Under the pieces are notes generated by a model. It was not told where the DNA came from. It searched no databases and was given only the letters and a program-made list of their open reading frames with translations. A stretch of 64,000 bases of DNA from Mobula hypostoma (Eukaryota). This document shows, piece by piece, positions 36,851-51,800 of this stretch (position 1 is the first letter of the stretch; each line of letters begins with the position of its first letter). Where the stretch lies: positions 48,672,001-48,736,000 of the forward strand of contig NC_086108.1 of assembly GCF_963921235.1 (NCBI RefSeq). The letters are read 5' to 3'. The position numbers and the translations under genes are program-made.

Positions 36851-39800
36851 CTGGAAATGGGAAACATAATAACCTGGAATTATGACAGAGAACAACTGCT
36901 TTATAAAATGAATTATCTCCTTGCTGTGTTACAATATAACCCTGTACAATTAAAAACTGAAGCATAAATATGTAGCCTTATACATTATTGTAGATTGCAC
37001 ACTCCAAAATGTTCATTTACTGGTAAATTTACAACTCTTGAAACCCTGATCTGTTTAGCATGGTTAGCTAGCATCTGTATGGTGTTTGCACCTTCTCCCA
37101 TGACCCAAAGGGTTTCCTTTGGATTCTTCCCTCATCTTAAGGAGGTGCTGATAGGTTAACTGGCTACTGTAAGGCAAAAGAATCAAAGGGCAGTTGATAG
37201 CCATCTGAGTGAAAATGAGTTGTAGGAATACACAAAAATGGGACTCCATTGGTGCAATGCATTTCTATATAATAATACGTCGACTCAGGCCTAGGGGACC
37301 GGCGTCTGGCACGATTATGATTATGATAATTTCTATATTTTCTATATCATAAAAGAAAAATACTGTTATCTCAAGCACAACTTTCTCAAATGCCATTCCT
37401 TGGAATTATATCTGCAAAGATCAATATACTTAACCTAGAACTGAGGCCATATTCTACCTAACAAAGATATTAGCTGGGTCAGTTGGCACCGTCACAGATT
37501 GACTCCAATCTTAGATTTCCACCCCACCACATGCCTAAGAAAAACATTCTCTGGTCTGAACAAACATATACAGCCCCCTGAAGAACCTGGCTTTTCCATC
37601 AGGAAGGAGTTCCTTTTCACCACTTTGTATGTACACTTAAATATCATAAAATCCCATCTCAAAACTGTTGTCGAAAGACTCCAGTCAAAATCCTTCCTTT
37701 TCCTGCTTGGTGTTCATTTCTCCCCTGTAAAGCAGGGTCTCGATATAAAATGAAATTGTTCTTGCCTCTTCGACTAATGAATTGTCGTCCTCGAGCTGCA
37801 ATTCTCCCCATCTGTGGATACAGCCTTACTCTTCTTAAAGGTTTAGGTTGTGTGATGGCAGCATCTATCAAAAAAAATAAACAAATCGATATTCACAGAA
37901 GGGGATAAGTAAGGACATCAAACCTAAATTAAAAACACTTATGATACTGGTAGCTTCATGACAAACAATAGGTTTCTTGTGTTCTTTTTAACAAATAGCC
38001 TTCCAAGGTGATCTTAAGTCATCTGTACAGTAATGCATCAACCACTGAGGTAAACTAATACCTCTGAAGCAGAAGGCTACAGGTTTAAACCCCACTGAAG
38101 AGCCTAATACAAAATTAATCTGATATTCCAATATGGTATGGAAAGAGTTCAGAATTGTTAGAGGTGTGGTGTTAAGAGGTGTTAAATCAGGGCACTTTTC
38201 CTCAATTGATTCAAGAAAGAAGACACAGTATGATACGAGTTCCTAAAAAGAACTGGTGTCTTGGATAATTTACCCTTCAATGAGCACCATGCAGAAAATG
38301 TTGATCATGACACTGCCATTTGTGGGACCCTGCTGCCAGCTTTCCAGCTTTACATTTTCATCAGATGCAAAGCACAATGATAAATCTCAAAGACTTAAGA
38401 GGTGTGATACTGTGAAAAGGCCTTACAAAATTGCATACATCTTTCTGCAAAAAGAAATTTACACGAATTTTAAATATACTTCCCATTACATTTTGTGGAA
38501 CTAACAACATTGCTCCCCCCCTGAATTTGTTCTCATTGACTGGCAATGCCTTTTGGTACAAGGGCACCATGTGGAATCTACAGGCCGTGTAAAAAAAAAA
38601 TACATAAATCCACCATAGCCCTTTCAAATTACATACCAGCTGAACTAGAAGGAGGGTCCTGACTAGTGGATGGAATATCAGCTTCGTCTGAAGGCTGGGC
38701 AGATTCTTCCTCCTGATGTCCTTCAATCTCCAACATGACATCTGAACTAAGCCTAGGGAAAGAAAGGTACCTTTAGTTTATCTGCTAACCATTGCAGAGG
38801 ATGAAACTTTCCTCATAAGATTCATTATGAATAATTGCAAATGAAACGTATATTAAAGTCACACTAAAACAAAAAAATAAATAAACTATACTAGAGCATA
38901 AACATGTCAATGAACTTCTAGAAATAAATATATACAGTTTCCAATCTACCATCTGGACAGACAGTTGATTTGAGTTATGTTGATGCCTTTAAAGAAAACG
39001 GAATAGGAAATGAAAAAAGATGTTAAACCAAACTATCAAATGCACAATAGCAGAGATCATTGATCTGATGAATACAATTCACTTCCCTCAACCAGAATTA
39101 AGAAAGTGCTTGGAAAATGTTAACTAAATGTACTTAAACTAAAACCATAACAAGCACAACTGCGGTGTAACAGTTAACAAATGCATGAGCAGATTTTCAT
39201 CTCAGGATCCCGCAATGAACATCCAGAACAGCTCTGCACCCTTGGACCTGTAATTCTTAAATGGACTTTAAACGTTGTTCAGCAAAAATGCTGTATGCCA
39301 CACTTCACTTACATTATTTAAAATGGAAAATGCTGCATTGCTCCAGTGAGCATGATTTTCCACCACATAGGGACATGTAATAAGGGACTTGGACTCTAAC
39401 AGCATAGAATACACTGTTTCTTTTATTTGAAATGTATAGGTGTTGGGTGGGAGGGGTGAGGTTTTTGGAGATGAAAGTAACAGAAACAAGATTCTGCACT
39501 GGTTAGACAGTTTATCGTATGATTTGGTGAAAATAAGAGGATAAGTCATTGTTACATTCATTACACTATTCAACAGGCAGATTGGTATGGAAAATCGTTA
39601 GCATAGCAAAAACATCTCAACAAACCAATTCCTATATAATGGCAAGTTGGAAGAATTTTTATCTTGTCCCAAGACCTACATTCCCCTCACATAAGTCTTT
39701 GTAATTAAGAGTCAAAGAACATGAAAGTAAGCCCTTTAGCGCAACTCATTCATGTTAACCATAATGCATATCCAAGCTAATCCAATGTATCTGTATTCCA

Positions 39801-42800
39801 TCCAGATCCTTCTAAATCTTTGATATCCATCTACCTGTCCAACTGTCTTTTAAAAGCTGTCATTTTACCTGCCTCAACCACTTATTCTGGCAGCTCACTG
39901 CATATACATATCATCTTTTCGTGTAAAAAGAAAGCTGACATCAGTTTCTATTAAATCTTTCCCTTCTCATCTAAAGCTGTATGCTCTAGTTCTTGATTCC
40001 TCAACCCTGGGAAAAAGACAAGTGCATTCATCTTAGCTATGCATCACATGATTACATTCAATCTCTATAACATAGTGCCACTCAGTCTCCGATGCTGTAA
40101 TGAACAAACTCCTAGCCTATTCAACCTCACCCTATGAGTCATGACACTGTTGAGCCCTGGCAATTTCCTTGTAAAACTTGCTGCATTCTTTCCAGTTTAA
40201 TAGCATCTTTAACAAGATGATAGACAGGATGACCAACACTGCAAATGCTGCCTCACCAACGTCAAGCATACCCAGCATTACATCAATTTCTACACTCTGT
40301 ACCTGGAAAGATGAAGGTCACCATACAAAAAAGCTTTCACCATCATAGTGTCTACCTGTCACTGCAAACATTCATGGAAGTGTAACTCCAAGGTCCCCTT
40401 GTTCTACAAGATTCTGCAAGAACCTACTACTCACTATGAACGTTCCACCTTGATTCAATTTTCCAATATGCCACACTTTACATTCAAGTAAATTAAACTT
40501 TATTCCCAAGCCCCTTATACAACTAAGATCACGCTGTAATTCCTGATGACCTTCACTGTTGATGATACCACCTATTTTAGTGTCATCTACAAACTTATTA
40601 ACTAGGGCTTGTATATTCTTGAATATTTTGCAGTCCAAGATATCAACATGAATAGAGGGGTCAACAGCACATCTCAATAAAGGGCATATCTTGTGCCTAT
40701 GGCATTGATTTCTATATATTCCATACCTGTGTCTTCTGAAAACTTACTGATCAAGCCCTCAACATTATTCACTTTTGTTACAAACAGCAAGGGTGCCAGC
40801 AATGAGACCTGTGAAACGCCACTAGTTACCAACATCTAAATCATAAAAACAACACTCCACCATCATGCGCTGTGCCCCTTGGCCAATTTACCACATTTTG
40901 CTTTCAACTAAATTTCCCCTTTCCCTTGGATCCCATGATCCCTAGGCCTTTTGGATTAGTCCCCAAATGTGAAGCACTGAACTGAAAGTCTATGTAAATC
41001 ACATCTTCTGCACTGGCATCACTCATACAAACTCCTGAAAATATTCAAACAGATTGCTGAGACAGGATCTGTCTTGCTCACCATCTCTGACCAGTCCATG
41101 TCTTTCCAAATGCTCATGAATCCAGCTCGTTTTTCTAATTAATTTCCCTATGACTGCCATTAGGCTCATTTATCTGTAATTAACAGGCTCTATTCTCGCT
41201 GTCCTTCTTGAAAAGGGAAACTATGTTTACCATCCTCCAACCATTTACTATCTCACTTGTGGCTAGCAAACATTTCAAAGCCCCAGCAATCTCTTCCCTT
41301 GCCCCCCCGACCTTAAAAGCCCAGATTACATCTCATCCTGCTCTGATTTATCTACCTTTAAGTTCACCAAGGCATTAATTATTACTTTCTTATTAATGCC
41401 TTCTTTTACGAAGTCAATTTCCTTTGTAAATACCAATTAAAAGTATTACTTAGGATCTTATCTATGCCGTCTTGCTCCACATAACAGTTGGTCAATTCAC
41501 CTTTGATGTACAGTCCACTGAAAATTTAGTCAACATTTCTGGTCAAATTAAACCACTAAAGGCCATTTCAAAGTAAGTTAATTTTTGGAAAACCGTAACA
41601 AATTGATCAATTGTAAAAGTCAATGATTAAAAATAAGTGCTGATAGTGAACAGCACTAGTCCTTCTTCTTACCCTTCTTGGTCTGCTCCTTCAATAAACA
41701 CCTCATCCGCATCATCACCAGCTCCAGATTCAACTGTGCTGGACAGATTGCTTGTGGATGTTGCAACCATAGGAACAGACTGTGAGGCATGCTCAGTTAT
41801 ATCTGTCTGTGGCCCCTCACTGAAAACAGTCACTGAAAGGAAAAAAAAAGTTGTTATGTATCTATATGGGATTACAACATTTTTTTAAAAAATCAAATGA
41901 TGAGGCAACAAATATGTAATATTAATATACTTATTTAAGAATGCAAATACATTGAAAGTAGTTCAAAAGAAAAGTTTACCTGCAAAAAGGAAAGGTTACC
42001 TCACAAGGGACTGTTTAGACAGGCTATGCTTGCATCGCAGGAGTTTGAGAGAACTTGACTAAAACATTTAAGGTCCTTGGGGGTCTTGAAAAAGTTATAT
42101 GCTTGTTTTGTTGAGGGAGAATCTAAAAGTGGGGGGGGGGCTATTTAAAAAGCAGATGCCATTTTGAGAGAAGTAAACATTTTTCTGGTCATGTGTCCTT
42201 GGAATTTTTTTACATGCAAAAACTCAACCTGCCTTCAGAATCAATAACCAAAAGAATCCTGACATTGAATATGTAATCACTGAGTTCACCAACACAAAAC
42301 CTCAACTATCATTGCAATCCACAAATAGATCCATTTTACAAAAGGGTGAGGTAAAACAAAAAGCTATTCAATTAAAAAAACTCGCAACACAACAAAGGGT
42401 TGAATAATCTCACAAGCCTACTCGTCATTCAATGTCACAGCAGATAGATAGCTTTTTTAAAAATTTATAAATGCATCAATCCATCTTTCCCTTTCAACTT
42501 TGACATCTCCACTGGAATTGGCAGTTACTCTAATATCCAAACTTAACTTCATTAAAAATTCTTCATTCCTATTATAGAAGCTCCTGTGCAAAAATCAGAG
42601 ACATTTGTGACAGTGACAGTGCCAGGGTTATGAAATGGAATAGTTACTTGCTAGATGTAAAGCTCAGGCTACTGCGTTTTCAGATGCTGCCTTCTGAAGG
42701 TTGTTCGGGAAGGAGGGATAGCAGAGAAATATCCAAATTATTAACAGACCAACTTCATTAAGAGTTGCTACATACAGCAACCTCAATAGCAAAGTTATTT

Positions 42801-45800
42801 TTATTGTGTAGTTCTGCCTTCTGAAGGTTAAAAAGACTATGCTAGACGAGGTAATTCAAAACTAGCAATTTGTATGTCTTAGTTGTTTTACAACAAAAAA
42901 AAAAGCCCAAATTTGTACTGTATTGTCAAAAGCAACAAAGAAAAATTCATATATTTTTCAGCAGAAAAGTACCGGCAAATTAAAGTCACTATCCCTGGTG
43001 CAATTGCTTTTCCTCCCACTAGGGCAGTTTCAACAAATACATACCTGGTGCATGAACCTGCAGCGGTGTGGTCGGTACACTGCGGCCTCCAGATTCATCT
43101 TCATGAACAGCAGCAAGGTAAATTGGTGTCTCATACATACCCAATCCTGTAGGAGCATGGTGAGGATACTTTTAACACAAAACCAACTCAGTGAAATCAT
43201 GAGAATAAGCAAATAACCTGCCATTGATCTGATTAAACAATTAACAGTAGATGATCTCACATTTCATGTTGATACTGCAGATAGTGATGAAGGTTGTCTG
43301 AGACTACTGAAAACAGAAATGTCAGATGGGAAGCTGCATGGAACATTGGCAGATGGAATTTAATTTTAATAAGTACAAGGTGATACATCTTGGGAAGTCA
43401 ATTATGGGTAAGAAATTACACTAAAAGCTAGGGAGCACAGGAATACGGATACAGAGCCCAAATTTGAGGACCTGAGATATCGAACAGGTTGGACAAGATT
43501 ACGCTTGTTTTGAGTGGAGATGGCTGAGGGATGACCAAACAGAAAATATAAAATTATAGAGGTATAGATTGTTTTTGCTGTGGTAGGAGAATAAAAAAAA
43601 AACACAAGAAAGCACAGATTTAAGATGAATGGAAAGAATTTGAAAAGAGTTATAGATATATGGAACTCACTGCCAGAGAACTTGACCAAATCCAGGACCT
43701 ACTTGACTGATCAGCGGAATGTCAGTTCTCTTCAGGATTACAATTTAGTTTCAAGGACCTCCATTGAGCATAATATGCAGTATTTATGTTGATAAGATTT
43801 AGAATCTTTTGTAAAAATATTACCTCCTTGTGACGCCAACTGCCCAAGATCAGACTGACTTGAACTAGTCTGATTCATATCCTCAGGTGGTCCAAACCTA
43901 AACCGCGGGACTCCTGCAACCTGGGGAGAACTAACCAGAGTTTCTGAAATGAGCTTTTAAATTCAGAATTGCACAGAAGTACATCAACCAAACAAGTTTA
44001 AAACATCTGGCAGGGCATCAATTTCCGAATTTTGAAAGCAACACATAAACATATCAATGTCATGGAAGACGCACATTTCTTATTTAAAGCTCACAAGCAT
44101 TAAAAAGGACTCCACAAATTCCCCCAACTACACTAATCAGAACAAACGACTGCCACAAATCTACACCACTCAGAATTTTACTTGTATCACTGTCCAAAAA
44201 AATTCCCCCCATTTACTCATGACATTTTGAAAAAAGATGTCTTATTTTGAACATAGATGGCAATAAAAGAGAAACATCCTTACTGAATGGCCTCGGCAAA
44301 CCCGTCTGATCGGTGGGGCACAACAAGTGTTGGTGTACTGGGCACCATTCTATCGTCTTCATCAAAAAAATGCTGCTGCTGAAAAACAATGGTAAAGGTG
44401 AGTCAATGTAAAAGGTAGTGTTTGGAAAACAAAAGACCAGTAGTAACAACAGTGTATATGCTGCTCATAAACATCGCAACAGCATTTCCAAACTCAAAAT
44501 TAATACCTCCCACACACACAACTGAGGGCATGCTGCATCAGTAATAAGATGGACAGGAGACTAATATAGGGTCTTATTAATTGATGTTAATGCAGACAAA
44601 AGATCTAATGCCACAAATCATAGTTGTGCTCAGGACAAAACCATCAGAAAATAGACCAAAAAATGGTTCACATTTTGGTTCACCAAATGGTCAGACCATA
44701 AAATACAATACAAAGCAGCTTGAAGAAAAATAACCTCAAAGTGGCAGTTCACAATTCTAACATATACACTCAGAATTCCGTTACTTACCACACCTCCAAT
44801 GCCTGGAGTAAGCTGTATTCCCCCACGACTTGATGAAGGTCGCCTCGCTGGTGGAAATCTCTGAGTAATACAAAAGATAACAGAAAACAAAAGTTATGTA
44901 AAAATCCCATTCTTCAAATGATAATCAACTACTAAAACAGTGTCATATACATCATTCAAAGCTTATGAAACGGACACATTTTGGAAAAGGTCTAGTTGAT
45001 CGGGGCCTTGCAAAGTGGTTTTGCTTACAAAATAAACATTAGCCTCGATATTTATTGTGTCTTGGAATTTAACATTTGTCCCAATTTAAAAATGGCACCT
45101 CCAAGGAGGTATGCAATGGAGTTTCAAACTGCATTTTTGTTCTGGTATCCAGAGTGTAACTCAAAGCCACTATTCTCCAACTCAGTGCTAAATCTGAGAA
45201 CATGCATGATGAAAGCTGGATATAGCTAAGCCCACTCAAAGATTCAAAGTACATTTACTATCAAAGTATGCATACAAAATACAACTTGTCCTCCCGCAGG
45301 CAGCCACAAAACAAAGAAACACCATGGAACCCACTCAGGAAATCAAAAACCCAATGCGCAAGAACAAATTGCCCAAGCAAGCGGACAACTAGAATATCAA
45401 ACATCAAGCCAATAACATTCAAATTTAGTTCAGTTCTGTGTCGCCCCTCTAACCCACTTGTACGCTGAAACACCCCAGACCACATTGTTTGCCCCAATCC
45501 AACCACTCAAAAACAGCAAAAAAAAGAGTAACTAGAATCCAGGAACATATACATGAACCCCAAAGTCCCCAAAAACAAGTCCACAGCCTCTCTGGTCAAT
45601 CCTTGCAACGTGGATCCCAAGATTCCGGCACTTTCCTCCAAAAGCAGCAAGCAAAAAGGAGAGGAAAACCAGTTAAACACAGACACGGAACACCCACCCA
45701 TACTTCACCCTCATTGGCTTCTTCAACCTTGCTCAACGCCTTAATCGGAGAAAAGCAGTGGAGTTGATTATGGGATCATGCCCTCAACACCATAACCAGC

Positions 45801-48800
45801 AACCAACTTTACTGGCCTTAGCAATGGCTTCCAAAGAGGACTGGGCTCCTGGACAATCAGTAAGAAAAGGCAGCAACACCTCTGCCATGATTATTCTAAA
45901 CACTGGTGCTCAACAAGGTTGCATCCTCAGCCCCGCACTCTATGCCTTATCCATCCATGACTGCATGGTCAGATTCTGCAATAACTCCATTTACAAGTCT
46001 TCCGATGATACCGCTGTAGCAGGCCACATCTCAAATAATAACATCTTGGAATATCAGAAAGGGACAGAAAGCTTAGTGACATGGTGTCACGACAACAATG
46101 CCGACAATAAAGCATCAGAAGGGGTGGGAGGTGCTCACCTGCTCCTGTCTACAACACTAAGTGGTTAAGAGGGTTGAAAACTGCAGGTTCCTAGGTGTGA
46201 ACATTACTACATAGCCTGTTTTGATCCAAACATGTTGATGTCACAGCCAAGGAAGCTCACCAACACCTCTACTTCTTAAGGCTAAAGATTTAGAAAATAA
46301 TTTAAGAACAGGGAAATAAACTACTTTCAGGGAAATGAAAGTAGATGAATAGCATATTAATACATGCAAATTTGATGACAGTGCACATGACAAAAACTTT
46401 ACAGATTGGATGAATGAACAACATAGCTGGAACAGATGCCACTAAGTTGAGAGGCATCTTGAAATTTACACACAGATTGGCCAGTAAACAAAATATATAA
46501 ACAAACTACGTTTGCTTGCTGCTAATTTCTTGATCCAAAAACTATTGGCTTTTGTTTACAGCTGCAGGTCAACATACAATAAAATGGGCAACTTTAAAAA
46601 TGCCATGATTTCATTTTCTGAACAACTGTAAGAAACGAGTGGATATCAAATATACAACTTGGGTTTAAGCACCTGTGCAGGTGGTCCCAGTTCTGGGGCT
46701 GGAGGTTGAATTGTAAGTCTTGGTGGAAGAGGATGTGGTGGTCTCCTTGGTGAACGCCGAGCTCGTGAAGCTGGTCTCTCAACAACTGTCTGTTGCTCTC
46801 TTGGAGTTTCTGGTGTGTAGGATTCCGTGGTGGTGACACAACCTTCACCTCCAGCTACAGACAAAATGGGAACATTATACTTGTTACTGGGAAATTTTAG
46901 CACATTTTACCATACAGAATTTCTAAATTACACATTTTTGCAAAATGAAAATTATTTCATGGTTGAAATTTCTATGCTAATCCAATTACATTTAAGTTAA
47001 ATTTTTAAAATCTTACTTGATACAGGACAGGAAACTACACAAAACTAACCACATTTTTAATTCTTTGAAAGCATATGACACAAAGTAATGACATAATATT
47101 GCTAAATCTGCATATTCAAACATGAGTGACCAATCTTAAAAGATTGCAAAGGATACAATTCTCCTCTAAATTATACAAGGACATAGGATTGAAATAGTTT
47201 AAATGTTGGCATTCCTTGACATAAGTCATGGGAAATTCTTGAAAGGTGATTGTTGGGAGTTCCAGCTTGCTATTTGTTTTCACTGGGGAATCTGTCTGCT
47301 GAACCAGCACCAGAGGGAGGTTGGACTTGGTAGAGATTCAGTAACTATTCATTTCAAAGGAATGGAATAGCTGCAAATGACAACGTTTTACGTCATTTCC
47401 AGCTGTGTTTTTAAATGAATTGTATTAATATGTATGTTACCAATTAAAGAATTTTAACTTTTCTGAATTATCGATTGCTTAATTAACTTACAATAGATTT
47501 GAATGTTGAAAATTGTTGAATTTTATTCAAACTAGTTAACAGCTGTTAAAGCTGGGAGCATGGCCTAGCCAGCTACTGAAGACATTTTTCAGCATTTACA
47601 TTGGCAGGACTCCATAAGACCTCTCATTACAATTTCACTTACATCTGCAAGGCCCACCAGGGTGGAGTTAGTTCATCTTATGTGTGAACTCAGTGAGTAA
47701 TGAGCAGTGCATTGCATCACTGCAATGGAACTCTGGCCTTTTGAAGCAAAAGTTAATGTTTAATTACAAACAGAACAAAATCTGCAGATGCTGGAAATCA
47801 AAGTAATACACACAAAATGAATGATGAAGGGTCTCGGCCCAAAACATAGCTGCTGCCTCGCCTGCCGAGTTCTTCCAGCATTTAATTATTAATTGCCACT
47901 TTTGTGTATTTTAATGAAACCAAGAAACTGATAAATGATTCAGTATTCAAGAGGCAAGAAAAAAAAATTTCACAAGCCATGTCACTATGATCATTCAGTA
48001 AAATATTTAAATTCCAATGCATTTTATGTATACTTTACATTTTACCAGTCAAATTCCATTTTAAATGCCAGTTATTTACTAAGACTTACAATTATCCTCT
48101 GAAATCTGACTATTTTCCTTTGTAGCTTGTTCATCTGTACTAGGATCTGTCCCATCAGCAGCCTGTGTGAAAAGCAACCTTGATTAAGAGCTCAGAGGTT
48201 TGAACAAATACTACCCAGTGTACAAGCTGTGAAAACTTAATTTCAGCAGTAAGAAAACTTTATGATGACTGAAAAAGGGCAAATCCCAGATCATACCAAT
48301 TTAGAGTGCTTCAAATATGTGAGCCAATATATTCAAATATATTCTGAGGATATATTTCTTAGTGTTCCCATAGTGTGGTTTAATTTCAAGACCCTTAACT
48401 CAAGTTGCCAAATCCTTACCATTATACCTCTTATCATCTCTACTATTACTCTTTCAATAGAATCATTTTAGCCACTTAAATACTAGCAAACCAAAACCTT
48501 AATAAAATGTTATTAGCAGGTCATCATGCAACAACACCAAGCTACTGGCTCCCATACCAAGCCTTCTCACCTGGAGTAGTTAAAATATTCCAATTTCATC
48601 CTAATTGTAAACAGTTCTCCCAACAAAGAGAATAGTTGTATGTTCGTGACATGCTTACGTTTCTAATTCCAAAATCAATATGCATCTTGGCTCCTTTTTA
48701 AAGATTATTTGAGTGAACAGTAATTGGTCAATTGATCGAAGAGGTAGCAATTGTGAAAAGATAAAAATAACAGTTCAGTTTTTCAAACAAATAGGCTATA

Positions 48801-51800
48801 ACAAAGTAGTTACAAGATACAAGTTACAAGTAGTTAGAAGAGGGAAAAAGGTTAATGGAAGGTTGACTGTTACTTCAAAAAAATTTGTAATTAGAAAAAG
48901 TGACATTTCAATTATATGGAGCTATGGGTGCATCATACACTCAGTTATAATCACCAAACTGCAGTAAAAGGCTTTGCTTTTGGTGAAGAAAACAGCTCGT
49001 TCACAAACAGGAATCATGGTGGTAAGCTGCACAAACATGCCTAGTTTTCTCTCGAAATGAGATGCTTGAGGGTGAGCAAAAATAAGCACTTCAAATAATC
49101 AGTAAATTCAACAAAGGTAGGACAGACAAGAGTGGAAAGACATTTAGGAAATTAAATATCTTGAGCCAAATCTTCCATGAAAAGTTTTTATCATTAGCCA
49201 GCTTCAATCTAAGATGCACAGGTCTCAAAGCATTGCATACCTCAACATTGCCATCATCATAATTATCTTCTCCCTCAGGACTACCCTCATTACTATCCTC
49301 TCCATCACCATCCTCAATACCAGTATCATCATCATCCTCTTCCTCATCGTCCTCTTCATATCCCTAAAAATGATTGAGAATATGGGTCAACGTTTCAGCT
49401 CTCATCATTAAAATCTCCAAGCAAAAATCTTTTGATTAGTTGACTTCCTACATTTAGAACTCAAAAGTAAGCTGTTTTGCAAGAAAAATCTACAAATGTT
49501 CTTCATGGAAATATTTGAAGGCTTGACACTGGTTTGGATTCTAATTCTGATATTACAGAAAGATTATCCAATTGTGTAGAAAGTTTATTCGTGCAAATGA
49601 GTATTCTTGACCATTTTTGCTCAAATTATTTTACGGAAATAAAAGTTACACTTATGAGAATTCTAATGAATATCAGTTTTTATAGTTTGCTGCTATTTAA
49701 AATTTTACTTCTCACCCTTCTGTTGTGCAGAATTTAGACATTGCACACAGCTTTAACTAGGGCGTTACACTGACCATGCTGCCCAACACTTAACTCTGGG
49801 GAAACTGTGTAAAAAGATTATTTAACGGTCGGTTGGATCTTTATGCAAATAGAAGAAGAGCAAAGTGAATAAGTTCCGCATTGACAGAAGACCAACTGAA
49901 TATTAGTAGGTATAAAATGTGTCCTTTCCAGGTTGGAAGAAATATAGTGAAGCTCTGATAATCTAAAACAATAAAATGCTGCTCAAAATGTGAATCAGAT
50001 TAATAAATCTGCCAAGCACTATTTGAATTCAATCACATCCAGCTTCATAACATTTACCTGCTCTTGGTCCTCTTCATTGTCTGGATCTTCATCACTCTCA
50101 ATAATAATGTATTCACTTGGTGTTTGAGAACTCTGTGAATAGTGAGTACTTAGCTGTTCTAATGGTTGAGGGTCTAAATCCAAAGGGTGAGATGCCTCTT
50201 CATTATCTTCCATTAGTTGAGAAGGTGGGTATTCCTCAATAACCACCTGCAAAAAAAAATGTCAGAAAAGAAATTATTTTCATTGGGGAAATTGCTAAGA
50301 TAGCAATAAGAAATTTAAGACACTGCAAATTGAGTGATAATGTTTCTTTAGTAAAGGAAAGTAGCCCTATTTCATATCAACTTCTGAACATGGGACTAAT
50401 ATTGGCGACAATTAATGTGCTAATTTCGTTCCACAAGGAATTAAGCAGCAATTTGGATTTTTCCCTTAGTTGATGGCAAGAGTTTCATGTAAAGGAAAAT
50501 CAATGTTAATTAAAAAAATATGGCAATGACTCTGAATGAAATCTAAACTTGTGCTTGGTTCCTAGACTGTCCGTGGGATACCTAATCAGGATTTAATATT
50601 ACCCATATCTTTACAGCTCAAGACTGACTGGTGATAATTAACTGACCTGGGTGATAGAGTCTTGTGAATCCAGGTTCTCAGACTGGATCTGCATTTCATT
50701 TTCTGCTTCTGTGTTTGCTTCTATTTCTTGCACATGCTCCTCCTGAAGATGAAAAACATTCTGGTGTTCAATACTTTGAGCATTTAACATTAATTCTACA
50801 AAAAAAAAATGAAAGCTTCCCATGGAGCAGGGACTTCAGTGTATATATTTTTTGAGAAAATTATCACCCCTCTCCCCCACCCCCCACACACCTGAACTGT
50901 CCTTTTCCAACTTCAGTAAAACTCTGATAATCCACTACCAGCAATCTCAACGGTTTGGCATTTAGCTGGTTGAGTAACGTTTGCCAAGCATCCCTCCCGC
51001 TCACCAAAGATTCCATTTCTGGTGCTCCCTTGAAATGCATCTGATTTATACTATTGTGTAACATAAAATGTGCAATATTCAATAGTCCGAAGAATGTTTC
51101 AGTCCCGCACCACAGGAGTCCCCAGTTTTACAACATTCTCCATGAAATTCATTAACATTTCTAATCTATTTGCCATTCACAAATGCCTTCAAGCCGAACA
51201 TAAACTTGATTTGTTGCTATTCAATAGTGCAACCTTTTATTTTGATACTCTGCTCTCTAATAATTGATATGTTTCAGAAAATAGTACCTGTTTCACCAAT
51301 CACATACCTTTAATGGGAAAAGGCTCCAGATTACAGTAACTCTTTGTAGCAACAGGTACTTTCAAATTGTGTTCCTTTTCTATTATTTTATCTTACTCCT
51401 TTTCCCCCATTTATGTAATTGAGTTATTTTTCATTTTAAGCAGTCTCAAATCAGAGAAGCTTCCCTTCCCTACATCCTGGCTATGTTCTAAATACACCAG
51501 CAATACATTAACCACCTTACGTACCGCTCGTTGGGTGAGTTTCAATTTCTTTGACTGATGTTCTGAAGACTCATCCTGACCATGAGCTGTATTATCAGCA
51601 CTGGTCTCTTCGTCATCTTCACGTTGACGTTTAGGCATAGGAGTGGAGCCTGAAACTGAAAAGTGACACTTTTTCATACTTTTATTTCAAATTTTAAAAA
51701 ATTTTGAGAACCTAATAGTCCCAAAGCCTACAAGTTCAATCACTGCATGGAAACAGCTTAATAAGTGCTACTGTGGATTACAGTAACATTATTTAGTAAG

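Noticed and set aside
49214..49411. Hydrophobic Ile-rich + strand ORF resembling a membrane peptide
   Set aside because: It is the antisense shadow of TPR's Asp/Glu-rich exon.
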